DNA of 63,566 bases, filler included, from Stramenopiles sp. TOSAG23-2 (GCA_900128395.1; 51 parts of 51 records of this genome joined end to end with filler, not necessarily neighbours in it), one strand, 5' to 3'. Counted from the whole stretch's first letter, positions 23,933 to 36,362 are shown. Notes: generated by a model from the sequence alone, not told the origin. Program-made: numbers and translations.

Positions 23933-25117
23933 GATTGTTTTAGTTATCAGTTCTTTTTATATATATATATAGTTACTATTTGTTAATGTATATTTATGTT
24001 TCTCTCTCTTCTACTTTTACTGTAGATCTGTATGTAAAATATAAAATAATTTTTGTTTTTTTCTTGTATTTTGTGTCTATTTATTTTGTCTTTATCAATA
24101 GTGTGTAGTGTTATTTTGATGTAATGCACGATCAATTGAACGATTTGAAGAATTGACTGGTTTTGGTGGATCTGTAGTGCTGTATACATGCTACACAATG
24201 GTGTGTATATGGTAATATGTTCAAAACTAATCTTGCATTATAGGCTTGATGTAATACCTTTAAGTACATAAATAACTTAGAGTTACCTTCTTATCATTTC
24301 CTATATAGTACCGTAGTGATAGGGAATGTTGGATGTTGGTTGTACTACTTACATAAAATAGTCAATTGGACTAGAAAAAAAATATAAAATACAATATCTC
24401 TCAACTTAGCCGCCTTACCAGGTATATACAGTACTATTTTCAGGAAACCCAGGAGTAAAATAGCATTACGTAAGCTTAAACTCAGAGCGTATTTTATAGA
24501 AGCAATGCTGTGAGCATACAAAACGAAGAATTTGGCTGATGGGAGTTGAAGCCTTTTCCCCTATCACAACAATTATTGTGAACTTATAGTGGGCAATAGG
24601 ACTAAATATTAAATCGTAAGTAACTCAAATTGTGCCATTCATTATACTTGATAATAAATTAGAATACGGTTTTCGGTGCGAAAGAAAGCGGAAAATGAAG
24701 CACAAATTTTATTAAAAAATGTTCGCAAACAACTCCACGTCGCCATATATATCAAGAAATATTAGATTTCAGTGTCCATCGATCTGAAACCATGTTGCAT
24801 GATAGTGTTAGTCGTTTGTTCGAAAATATATAAGAACATTGTGTGTGCGTGTGTGTGTGTGTGTGTGTATGGTTGTGCGTGTTTATAGTTACAGAAGTCT
24901 AGATTAATATATATATATTGTGTAGAAATACATACAAAGTAGTAGTAATAGTATCAACGAACATTATGTCAACAGAAAAGAAACCAGAAATATTAAATGG
25001 TAAAAGAAAGCGTAAACNNNNNNNNNNNNNNNNNNNNNNNNNNNNNNNNNNNNNNNNNNNNTTAATTAATTAANNNNNNNNNNNNNNNNNNNNNNNNNNN
25101 NNNNNNNNNNNNNNNNN

Positions 25118-25665
25118 CACGTAAACGGACCAGATACATCTTCCGCTACAACCTTCTGATGTTTTTTAATGGAATCGTCTACATCACACATATATGAAAC
25201 GTGCAATTTACAAAGTTGTAAACCCGATGTAGTAGCAATACTATTATTTGTTACATCCCAGTCCCAATACGCAAAGTTAGCTTCGTGATTAAATTTCTCT
25301 GGTGTTTTAATTGGTGTTAATGTATATTCGTCATTTTCAGATATATTTGTTACTGTATATGTTAGTTCATTTTGAAGACATTTCACACGATCACCAATTG
25401 CAGCAACCATGTTTGGTTTTATGAATAATCGATCTTCTGCATTTATTGTGATATTTTCTCGAACAATTTCATTTTTATTGTTCAATTTACGTATTTGCAA
25501 CTTGTTTTCTGCTAATTTAATTGCACTATTTCCTTTGTAAAATACACGTTCTGCACTGTTGAATTTGTTCAATTGTTTAGATATATCTTGTAACACCTGT
25601 ATCTTCACACCTCGTATGTCCATCTCATTGCTGTTGTTGCTTGAGCACGATGTCATGCAACCCAT
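25118..25665 (-). CDS. Unknown protein, N-terminal part, possible myristoylation/palmitoylation motif
   Basis: Likely start MGCMTSCSS; open to the contig edge. Confidence 0.45.
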
Positions 25666-26514
25666 GATAGTTTTTGGATAAGCTATATGGTGTTGCAAAC
25701 ACACAAACACACATTATAAAAATAGAAGATGCTTTCGTATAAAATATATGAATATAGCTCATATTATATTCTACTATAGATTCTATAGATTCTATTATTA
25801 TTATTAGTTACAAACGCCGTGGAAGGCGAGGACCCCTGCCCAAATTTATGTTAAAAGTATAATTTGCTTGATCAGTAAATTTAAGGAGGAATTTAAGAGC
25901 TGAAATGAAAATTTACCTAAATTTTGACAGCTGGGAGAGATTTTGCACATTTCATTTTCGATTTCCTGTATTTATAATTTGTGTCGAAGAAAACATGCTT
26001 TTTCGTCGATTTATCCTACTACACACACATATTGAGTTAATTTTTAAAGTATTGTAGTGTCTAAGTATATTTTAGATAGGATATATATTGATAGGTTATT
26101 CATATTTGTAGTGTTCAAGTAAGTTGTTAAAAAATCAAAGAAATGTGTAAAAAATTCTCTCCTCACTCCTCACCTCTCCAACTGGGCTCTCACCTCTATA
26201 CTATATACTACTGTATTTTGTTTACCGAAATATGATATAGATTGTTATACTCGGTAGAATATTAATATNNNNNNNNNNNNNNNNNNNNNNNNNNNNNNNN
26301 NNNNNNNNNNNNTTAATTAATTAANNNNNNNNNNNNNNNNNNNNNNNNNNNNNNNNNNNNNNNNNNNNTTTTTTATTTTTTAACCTCCCCCAGCCGTTAC
26401 TTTTTAATGCTATTATAATAGTAAGAAAAACCGAACTTCAACCAGCTCGTCTCCCTCTAATTGCATGCTATCTAGAACAGCATATTCTATCCACCCACCT
26501 ACCAACCCTTTTAT

Positions 26515-27519
26515 CTAATCTCGAACTCTATACGATTCCGAATGTGTTAAACATTCTAACTCACCATTTTTTGTAAACATCCATACATGACCATCTGAGG
26601 TTTCATAATACTGAATCCCATTAATGGTAATCAAAAATTTTGGTATTTCACATTCGCATTTTATTTCATCTGTTACATCTTTGTTTTTCGTCATTATATT
26701 ATAATTAGTTTATATATATAATACCAAAAAATTGTTATGATATGTTAAACCTTTTTTATTCGTAATTTTGAATAATTGTTGCTAGTCTCACCGATGGACT
26801 TTAAAAACATTCGGTATCTCTTGTCCATCGGATTAAGCAGGTGAATTCCATACGTGTTTTTCATATGCTCTGCCATCTCATTGAAAAATAATCGTCTTGA
26901 GTAAGTGCGTTTGTTGATAGGCACATAATTCTTTTGGAAGTAATCCATCATAATTACCTGAATAGGAGGGGGATCTGGAAGAGTTTCGTTATTTATTCGA
27001 ATTTTCAACGCTTGAATTTCCAATTTATATTTTTTACAATGTTCGCAGTTTTCACAGGATTCAANNNNNNNNNNNNNNNNNNNNNNNNNNNNNNNNNNNN
27101 NNNNNNNNNNNNNNNNNNNNNNNNNNNNNNNNNNNNNNNNNNNNNNNNNNNNNNNNNNNNNNTTTAGTTCTATATGTTTTTCCATCCATGGTAATGGTCT
27201 CGTATGTTCGCAGCTTCTTTACATCATCTATTGACATTCCACATTCAAGTGCTGTTAAATTCTTAGATAATAAGAACTTTTTTAATGCAGATTTATTCAT
27301 CACGATGTTAAAAAGAACTTTATGAATATATATACTTTTTTTACGTGAATTCATATGGTTTCTTTCCATCCGATGTTATGATCTGTTTTGGAAGAGGCTT
27401 CAATTTAGCTACTAAAGAGACCTTATGTGCGGAGAGCCGCATCCAAGTGTTTACGCTTGTGGCGTTCAAACCAGATTTAGATTGCATTTTTTCTAACATT
27501 TTTTGTTGCATCGATTTTA
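26515..27519 (-). other. Run of small, co-oriented, intronless ORFs (27341-27519, 27162-27300, 26745-27064, 26515-26694)
   Basis: Manual translation; 40-50 bp AT-rich spacers; no domain recognised; internal N gap at 27065-27161. Confidence 0.5.
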
Positions 27520-28141
27520 NNNNNNNNNNNNNNNNNNNNNNNNNNNNNNNNNNNNNNNNNNNNTTAATTAATTAANNNNNNNNNNNNNNNNNNNNNNNNN
27601 NNNNNNNNNNNNNNNNNNNTATATCTTCACTTTTAAATACTTGCAAATTTCAAAAAAAAAGAAATATATACTACATACATATATATATAGATAACAAATA
27701 TTTATATATAGATAGATAGACACAATTTAATAGTATATTTTGAACTTTTTTTTTAATTTTTACCATTTTCGCAGCATATTTTATTAATATATACATTACC
27801 AACTTATTGACGTATACAATATATATATATATATAATATATTCATCAATACGATATACATACAGTTTATTCATTTCAAAACAGAGGTTCTATTGTTTATA
27901 TATATTGTACAGTTTATATATATAAATATATATATACATCAATAGTTCCATAGTTTTGTTTGTGATTTCAGCTATAAAAGCAGATATATAATATATATTA
28001 TTTATTCGCTTTGCTCCACAAACACAGTGCAGGATAGGAAAACAAATATTTTTTTGTAATTGTATATATATATATTAAATAAAATTATAGAAAAGAAAAT
28101 ATTTGTTGTACATATTATTCAGAACATAAATTATTGTAAAA

Positions 28142-28507
28142 ATATCAAATCGTCTGTAAATACATTTACATATAAATACAAATATATAAAGAAAAATACG
28201 TTAGAATTATTATAAAACGAAAAAGTAAGTAAATTCTTATATATATACTCTAATAATGTAAATGCGAATAACAACAATGCACGCAGGGACGGCCAACACG
28301 GTGCAGGTGTATAACAACACGGTGATATCAAATCGTCTGTAAATACATTTACATATAAATACAAATATATAAAGAAAAATACGTTAGAATTATTATAAAA
28401 CGAAAAAGTAAGTAAATTCTTATATATATACTCTAATAATGTAAATGCGAATAACAACAATGCACGCAGGGACGGCCAACACGGTGCAGGTGTATAACAA
28501 CACGGTG
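28142..28507. repeat. Exact tandem duplication, period 183 bp
   Basis: ATATCAAATCGTCTG... at 28142 and 28325. Confidence 0.9.
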
Positions 28508-28584
28508 CAGGTGTATAAGCATATACATATATATATGTATATACATACATACAAACGCATATACATATATACGCTTCGTTTATA

Positions 28585-28710
28585 CAAACACGGTGCAGGA
28601 CTAACATTATTATCCAAACACGGTGCATTAATATCCGTCCACAAACACGGTGCATTAATATCCGTCCACAAACACGGTGCAGGTATGGCCAATCACAAAC
28701 ACGGTGCAGG
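28585..28710 (+). repeat. Array of CAAACACGGTGCA motifs at 27-30 bp spacing
   Basis: Copies at 28585, 28615, 28642, 28669 and 28696, with more upstream in the same contig. Confidence 0.9.
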
Positions 28711-29051
28711 TATGGAACAACAAGCTTATCCAAGTATGTCACATCTTGTAGATGTCAGTAGACCATTAAGNNNNNNNNNNNNNNNNNNNNNNNNNNNNNN
28801 NNNNNNNNNNNNNNTTAATTAATTAANNNNNNNNNNNNNNNNNNNNNNNNNNNNNNNNNNNNNNNNNNNNGTATATGTATAATTATGTAAAATCTCTTCT
28901 CTCTCTTTTTTTAAAAATTGAATATATTTGAAAAATATGATGATCATATCTCAAAGAATTAATTGAGTGTTATATACATACCTTTTTGGTGGATACAATA
29001 CTTTAAAATATGGATTTTATGTGCCGCAAAACTTACGTTCGTATTATTTAT

Positions 29052-29276
29052 TCATTTCCCATTGAAAACAAAACGGTTCACACAACCATAGGTAATTGTA
29101 CACAAACAGATGAAGCCTAAAGCAATACCACCATACATTATATATAGTCCTGTCACATCTTCAGGACTTTCTTCAATTTTTGCTTTTGCATTTTGTGTTG
29201 TATTTGACGTCGATGCCAATACCGTTGCTAATATATGTACTAATAAAAATATTTTAAATTGGAATTGCTTGTACAT
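29052..29276 (-). CDS. Small single-pass membrane protein (74 aa)
   Basis: Signal-peptide-like N-terminus and a hydrophobic segment LYIMYGGIALGFICLCTITYGCV. Confidence 0.55.
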   Translation of the reverse strand: MYKQFQFKIFLLVHILATVLASTSNTTQNAKAKIEESPEDVTGLYIMYGGIALGFICLCTITYGCVNRFVFNGK

Positions 29277-29622
29277 AATACTAATTTTTACGAAATATAC
29301 GACTGATATATGTAAAGTATATATAATATATATTAATTATACTATATGTATATAAATATATATATATATATATAGAATGCTCGGAATGAATCTTAATAGA
29401 GATGGTTCTATGACCAATTTGTCATGCCAATGCAGTATATATATAATGTTAATAAATATCACATGTAACATCACGTAAATGATTGTTTTTCTCATATATT
29501 AATATACATATATATTATATTCTAGATATATTAGATAATAAGCACATAAGGGTAATGAAGAGTGCATGATGTATAATGATTTATTATTGAGGAGATGATG
29601 AGATGTGTACTATGTACTACTG

Positions 29623-29726
29623 TCCCGATATAATTTTTACTATGCCGGCCAGTCGTAAATTTTCGGTACAAATTTTTATTATACTTAAACATTATATTTA
29701 CCTATCAAACACACAAATTAATCCAA
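29623..29726 (+). repeat. Dispersed repeat family, copy 2
   Basis: About 100 bp similar to 49776-49879; first half is the reverse complement of 15095-15150. Confidence 0.85.
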
Positions 29727-30374
29727 TGCATATAATAAACCACTCCCAGCACTCGAAATTTATTATTTTGCATGCTATGCCCCTATTGAAAACCTGATCC
29801 AAAAAAAATATAAACCTGCTGTCAATTGTCAATCTGGCAATGAATATGATATGCACAAATACAAAAACAAATATAAAAAATATGTAGATACAGATGTACA
29901 TACATAATTGATACATATTTATTAATTTCATCAATATTTAATATATACAAAAATTTATTCAACATAATATCAAATTGTATATATTTCATTTTATATATCA
30001 TCATGTTGATCACACGTAATNNNNNNNNNNNNNNNNNNNNNNNNNNNNNNNNNNNNNNNNNNNNTTAATTAATTAANNNNNNNNNNNNNNNNNNNNNNNN
30101 NNNNNNNNNNNNNNNNNNNNAGAAAGCGGAAATTAGTAGTATTAATATATATAATAACACGTGAGAAGAAGAAGAATACCAAAAAAAATAATAATAAAAA
30201 ACAAAAAAAAAACAACTAAAAAAATTAGAAAAAAAACATTGATCTTCTTTTGTGATGAGAGTTTGGTTAGTAGATTTACATCAATAATAGTCAGTCAATC
30301 AATTTCTCTCTCTCTCTCTTCTTCTTCTGTCTGTTTTTGTTTTTCTATTCAATACATATATTGAAAAAAAAAAT

Positions 30375-31064
30375 ATGAATACAACGCCACAAGTAGAAGA
30401 AGTATCGGAGGTATTTAATAATGGCTTTACTTTAGGAAAAAGAAAATCAAGTCATGAGAATCTTCGTAGTTTTACACCTGTAAATAGTAATAATAATAGT
30501 GATAATGGTAATCGATCAAAAATCAGTCGACGGCATTATGATAAACTAGTTGCATCACGTCCAACAATAAGTCTAAACAATGTTCCTACAAATAATTTTG
30601 GTGGTATAACACATAGTCCAGTCAATTTTGATAATAACATGTATGTCTCGCAACAACAACAATTTTCAGTGCATTATAATAATAATAATAATAATAATAT
30701 TAAAATTGGTATGTATGAGAATAATTTAATACAACAACGACAGCAACAACAAAATAGAAAAAATATTTACAATACAAATATAAATATGGATATGGAAGAT
30801 GATGATTCAATGATGTCATTGAATTCGAACAATGAAAATAATAATGAAAAACAATCAAAATTTTCGAAACAAAATGATAATAATAATAATAATAATATTT
30901 TATTATACAAACAACAACAAGTTGCAAGACGTCGTCGACGTGCAAATGTTTCATTATTTTCTAAACCATGGGTAGCATATCCTTCTATTGAAGAGCGTCA
31001 AAAAAATGATGAGAAAATTATTAAAGATGGTTTTAAACGTCGACGTACTATGAAGAGATTGTAA
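30375..31064 (+). CDS. Asn/Gln-rich low-complexity protein, apparently complete
   Basis: ATG after an A-run, 229 aa, basic clusters, no domain recognised. Confidence 0.6.
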   Translation: MNTTPQVEEVSEVFNNGFTLGKRKSSHENLRSFTPVNSNNNSDNGNRSKISRRHYDKLVASRPTISLNNVPTNNFGGITHSPVNFDNNMYVSQQQQFSVHYNNNNNNNIKIGMYENNLIQQRQQQQNRKNIYNTNINMDMEDDDSMMSLNSNNENNNEKQSKFSKQNDNNNNNNILLYKQQQVARRRRRANVSLFSKPWVAYPSIEERQKNDEKIIKDGFKRRRTMKRL

Positions 31065-31828
31065 GAGTGTATATAATATATTTGTCATGGAATAGATAAA
31101 CATAGAGACGATTCGTATAGAATACAGAGCATTTGTGGTAAAAATAGTAATGTTCGTTGCACGAATCGATTAATAAAGGTGATGCGTGGTGCATAATAAA
31201 AATATTTTATTTTAAAATACAAGAGAAGATAGGTGGGGTGTGTGAAAATTTAAAAGTAATACGGATCTCNNNNNNNNNNNNNNNNNNNNNNNNNNNNNNN
31301 NNNNNNNNNNNNNTTAATTAATTAANNNNNNNNNNNNNNNNNNNNNNNNNNNNNNNNNNNNNNNNNNNNTACTTAAATTAACTGCCGTTTTGAAATCCAC
31401 TAATAATCCTTCTCATTTACAAGGAATATTGTTAAAATTATCGGGTGGTGGAATTTTGCTAAATTACAATAATGTAAAAGAGGCCGATTGACGAGATTAA
31501 TATACAAGAAAAGTGCAAAATGCATTTTTTCAAAACAATATTTATTATATAATAAATACTCTCCAGAGTTTTCTGCGTATGTGTTTAAAAATAATCTCAC
31601 ACAATACACTGGCTACGGTAAACAACTACGACACTTTGAAACGTACCCGAAATTTGGTATATATGCATTATATATAAATATTATATGTGTAATCATTTTT
31701 AACAAAATTGTTTTTTTCTTGATCTTTTCCCGTATCTACACATTCATATATATCATAGCGATTATGTATCAAATTTTAGTAGTAAATATATTAATAAAAC
31801 TTTTGGTGTTACCATTAACTTCATTTTA

Positions 31829-32518
31829 CTAGTCGTTTTTCTCGGTATTTTTTGTATTTTGAGCGACTAATTTTCGATGTCGTGGAGATGTATTACCAAC
31901 TGGATTATTATTATTATCTTTCTCTGGTCGTGTTGGTTGTTGTTGTGGTGGTGTTGTTGCTGGATTTGCATTTTTTTCTACTTCTTCATCTTGTTCAATG
32001 ATGATTTTCTCTTCCGCTATTACAATATCCACATCAGGATTTCTACTTTGATTATTATTTCCCTCCATATTTTTATCATCATCCTCATCATGGTGTATTA
32101 TACCCATTTCCTCTATATTGCGTTTTGAAGCATATCTTTGCGCATGCGCTAATTCGTTCTCTTTACCTTGTGCCCCGCTCCAAAAATCCTCAATGGCTTT
32201 TTTCTTAACATCAAAAATATTTGCATCCGCCTCAATAATTTCTTTATGTAAACGATTCATTTTTCGTGTATGGACTGCACTTAAATAATCATATATATTT
32301 GGATTGAGATCTAAGCAATCATATTCAAATACATATCCATAAGTTGATATGATTGGTAATACTGATGTCATACGATTATCACTTAAAACAATTTTTAATG
32401 TGCGACCTAAGGTACGATTTCTCGCCATACGAACAATTCGCTTCAATTCACACGGACGAAAGCCTAAAGGAACTAGACGACTTTCTGGCAAAAGGACATT
32501 ATCAGTTAATAATCGCAT
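31829..32518 (-). CDS. Unknown protein, C-terminal part
   Basis: 229-aa open frame from contig edge. Confidence 0.55.
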   Translation of the reverse strand: MRLLTDNVLLPESRLVPLGFRPCELKRIVRMARNRTLGRTLKIVLSDNRMTSVLPIISTYGYVFEYDCLDLNPNIYDYLSAVHTRKMNRLHKEIIEADANIFDVKKKAIEDFWSGAQGKENELAHAQRYASKRNIEEMGIIHHDEDDDKNMEGNNNQSRNPDVDIVIAEEKIIIEQDEEVEKNANPATTPPQQQPTRPEKDNNNNPVGNTSPRHRKLVAQNTKNTEKND

Positions 32519-33002
32519 NNNNNNNNNNNNNNNNNNNNNNNNNNNNNNNNNNNNNNNNNNNNTTAATTAATTAANNNNNNNNNNNNNNNNNNNNNNNNNN
32601 NNNNNNNNNNNNNNNNNNAACAAAAATAAGGTAAAAACAAGCCAAATAAATAGACAGCATATGGGTGTATTTTTTAAGACAAAATCTAATAAAATTGTCT
32701 ATCGGATTTCAAGCTAACACTTTTGCCCGCTTTGTCACTTTCAAGCTTTGATATGGGTTTAGGAAAAATTGACTGGTTCATTCGCGGTTTAAGTACAAAC
32801 GTCTCCTACATGTCTCCGTATTATAAAGTAAATCGTACTGTCATTCGCGGTTCAAGTACAAAGTGATAGGCATGCTTTTTCGTATACTAAAATATCTAAC
32901 ATATAATAATTGAAATATAGTTTATTATTTATACTTAAGTGATTTATGTTATACGATTCGTATATTTTAATAAATATACACTCTTTTTACATACCCGAAC
33001 AT

Positions 33003-33515
33003 TTAATTTAATAGATAACGAGCAAAATACCTCGGCAAGCGAGGAGTCATTTTTAACTCTTTTCCAATATCACGCAGACATGATGCTTTTCTACCATCAA
33101 AAGCATATACTTCTTCCAGTCGTTCACATGCAACAGTAGCTGGCGTGTGTGGTAAAAGAAATTTCACTGCATCAACTAATTTTTTCCTCAAGCAGATTTT
33201 ATGTTTATTTTGCCTAGATTTTGCAGTAGTGGGATTTCCTCTTCCGCCCTGGGCACCATGGAAATCCCACTTTTCACCATTTCGAGGCATATAATATGAC
33301 ACATTTCGTTTATGCGCTAATAAGGTGTTAGCTCGAGCATGTAAAGGTCTATCACTAGGACCTGGTTCAATTTTTTGATATGCTATTTCATTTAGCCATC
33401 GTGTTATATGTATTGCTTTAATTAGTAACAACAATTGCACCGCTTCAGGTTCACCTACTGGATCTTCTCCTCTGCCAATTCTCCGGTAGTTGGTCTTACA
33501 GTATTCCAGTATCAC
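33003..33515 (-). CDS. Unknown protein fragment
   Basis: 170-aa ORF with coding-like composition; no motif recognised. Confidence 0.35.
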   Translation of the reverse strand: MILEYCKTNYRRIGRGEDPVGEPEAVQLLLLIKAIHITRWLNEIAYQKIEPGPSDRPLHARANTLLAHKRNVSYYMPRNGEKWDFHGAQGGRGNPTTAKSRQNKHKICLRKKLVDAVKFLLPHTPATVACERLEEVYAFDGRKASCLRDIGKELKMTPRLPRYFARYLLN

Positions 33516-33984
33516 ATTGCACTTTCGTGCATTTTCAGTTATCTGCTCCCTTGTGTCTCCATCCTTCTAGAAGAATCTAACAAATTTCTCAAGACTTGGA
33601 TAATATTGACTTGATATAATATAGTAATAGATATAATATAATAATATATATAATATAATGATAGATTTTGAGTTTGATATTTATATATAGTATGTATTCT
33701 TTTATTTGTATATCAATTACTCTTTATTTGTATATCAATTATTATGTCTCCAAGAGTATATAATATNNNNNNNNNNNNNNNNNNNNNNNNNNNNNNNNNN
33801 NNNNNNNNNNTTAATTAATTAANNNNNNNNNNNNNNNNNNNNNNNNNNNNNNNNNNNNNNNNNNNNTATGCCCTAGTAGTGTCGAGTATAAAGCAATGTA
33901 TAACATATAGGACAATCTGCATGGCACACGAAAAAAAACGTGTGCCATATAAATTTAATTGTTATTAGTGTTATTTTTTATGTA

Positions 33985-34012
33985 TTTGGGCCGAAATCGA
34001 TTTCGGCCCAAA
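33985..34012. repeat. Perfect 28-bp palindrome
   Basis: TTTGGGCCGAAATCGATTTCGGCCCAAA. Confidence 0.95.
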
Positions 34013-34052
34013 AAATAATTTTGTGTTAGTGTGCCATGACTTTACTCGTTCG

Positions 34053-34131
34053 CAGTGCTACCCTCTAAACCGTGTCCCATAGTGAATAGTGTTAAGTGCA
34101 CAGTTTTGACACGGTTTAGAGGGTAGCACTG
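34053..34131. mobile_element. 79-bp mini-MITE with 24-bp perfect TIRs and 6-bp direct flanks
   Basis: CAGTGCTACCCTCTAAACCGTGTC...GACACGGTTTAGAGGGTAGCACTG flanked by CGTTCG at 34047-34052 and 34132-34137. Confidence 0.85.
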
Positions 34132-34204
34132 CGTTCGTAAAACATTTTGTTTTTATTTTTTTTTCTCTGGGATTTTCTGTAGAGTCAATATTTTTAATAT
34201 TTAT

Positions 34205-34465
34205 ATTTTCGTATTTTGCATCCAATTTTGCTTCTTCCAACATTCGCTCCTCTACATCTTTGTTCATCTGGCACATTTGCAGCTTCCATGCAACTCCTTC
34301 ATTCCTAGCACGTTTTAATATTGTGAAAAACAACAATGGAACACCGATTACATAAACGAATAACCCTATAAATGCCATGACGCCATATGCCATGTATTCA
34401 CTATCATAGCATGGGGTGTATAAATCATATGCCAATATGTAATTCTCCCCGATTTGTTCACAGGA
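34205..34465 (-). pseudogene. Isolated fragment of a multi-TM membrane protein
   Basis: CEQIGENYILAYDLYTPCYDSEY...FIGLFVYVIGVPLLFFTIL is typical of protist multi-TM C-terminal domains; both flanks look non-coding. Confidence 0.45.
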
Positions 34466-35114
34466 GGGTAAATTGAAAAAAATTCCTCGAAAATGTGTTA
34501 AAAACTCACTAAAGCGTTGGAAAATGTTGACGAAGGATCAAAAACACAGGCAGCTAAGAAACCAAAAAGAAAAAAAAGCTTAAAAAGAAAAAATACTGTA
34601 ATACTGTGATATTGTAAAATGAAAGATACATGCGAATATCGGGGGTAATATGATATCCAAATTAACATATAATATACGAGCTTCGTATCATACGAACCGT
34701 ATTAATTATAAAAAAATGATATATATCTTAATGATAATCATTTTTTATTAAATTTTAATCTGAGATATTTAGTGATATTTAAAAATAATTCTCTCTTTAA
34801 TGATATAATATACGACGTATAATATACGAGTACGAATAAAAATATATATTAATTTTATATGAATGGTTATACGAAGTTCGTAATAATTTTGACACTTCCC
34901 GTGCTAACTGGCTAAGTAACAGTATGCTCAATACTCAATCGCAAGAAAGCAAACTAGCTCCTATAAATTTGTGATCGTTCATCCATTAAACAGTTTTTCA
35001 TAGGTACATAAAACNNNNNNNNNNNNNNNNNNNNNNNNNNNNNNNNNNNNNNNNNNNNTTAATTAATTAANNNNNNNNNNNNNNNNNNNNNNNNNNNNNN
35101 NNNNNNNNNNNNNN

Positions 35115-35996
35115 GCAAGACGCACAAAGCGATGGACGTCATGCGATATTCGAGAGAGGATTTGAGAATAAAAATTGTTCGAGAAAAGGTGGAAGGAATT
35201 GTGAAAAGAGGACTGAAAGGTAAAACGAAGCAAGAGGCGTTCGGTGGGTGCGTGTCGTGTTCTTTATTAGGAGACGAGGAGGAGAAGCTCGAGCTCGAGT
35301 TCTCCGGCGCGAACGTTTTAGAGAGTTGCAAAAAAAAGTTGAAGCAAGGAATGAAAGTTTCGTTTAGTATAGGAAGAGAACCGACGACGAAAAAATACGT
35401 GGTCGTAGACATCGCGCCAATAGTTGAAGAGAAGATAACGAAGAAGAAGGAAGAGGGAGAAAACGAAGAAAACAAAGAGGCGGCGGATGAAGAAGATGAA
35501 TATTTCCAAGAGATTCCAACATCCTATGGACGCGTCAATAAACTCTCGCAATCGTATGGATTTATTCAAAAAGTGCACGGTAGAATGTATTTGCACAACA
35601 GTAGCAACAGAAGAGACGACCAAGGTTTATTCTTCCATTACACGGCTTTAAGAGACAAGACGGACTTAGGAAAGTTAAGCGTCGGCGCGCCGGTGAGTTT
35701 TGAAATTGTTAAGGTGAATGCAGGTAATGGTAAAGGGAAGAAAATAAACGCGATTAACGTGCGCTTGTGCGACGAAGAAACCGTCCGAGTGGTTGAGTCG
35801 GAACTCAGACTTCAACGTAAACTGGCTGAGAAGGAGAAGAACGCCGCTTTGCTCGATAAAGACGGCATTGACGGCGACTCATGGGGTAAGAAGAAAGTAA
35901 ACGTCGACGAAAACAACAATAATGAGGCTACCAACGGTGGCGGTAAAAAATATGTAGAAGCACCAGCATCCGTGGAAGAAGAAAACGCGTCGTTAG

Positions 35997-36032
<36 letters not shown>

Positions 36033-36232
36033 CGTCGCGGGAATTGGGTAAAATTACGGTAGTCAAGAACGGGTTCGGTTTCATCAAATGTGAAGAACGC
36101 GTGGAGGATGTGTTTTTCCATTTCACGCAATTGAAGAATTTCGAAAACCCAAAGGTTGGGAAAATTGTTCAATTCACCGTCCACAGGGATCAAAAAAGAG
36201 ATACCTTGGTCGCGCACGACGTGTGCGAAGCT
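35115..36232 (+). CDS. Multi cold-shock-domain protein (CSDE1/UNR-like), partial; probably from another organism
   Basis: GRVNKLSQSYGFIQ...LFFHYT and GKITVVKNGFGFIKCEERVEDVFFHFT; clearly higher GC and CG-rich codons. Confidence 0.8.
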
Positions 36233-36262
36233 AGATCGGAAGAGCACACGTCTGAACTCCAG
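36233..36262 (+). other. Illumina TruSeq adapter contamination
   Basis: AGATCGGAAGAGCACACGTCTGAACTCCAG, translated as RSEEHTSELQ in the ORF track. Confidence 0.99.
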
Positions 36263-36362
36263 NNNNNNNNNNNNNNNNNNNNNNNNNNNNNNNNNNNNNN
36301 NNNNNNTTAATTAATTAANNNNNNNNNNNNNNNNNNNNNNNNNNNNNNNNNNNNNNNNNNNN

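Noticed and set aside
28585-28710. Motif array as a CRISPR array or V(D)J-type signal (CACGGTG)
   Set aside because: The 13-bp repeat and 14-17 bp spacers are too short, two spacers are identical, there are no cas genes, and no nonamer is at the proper spacing.
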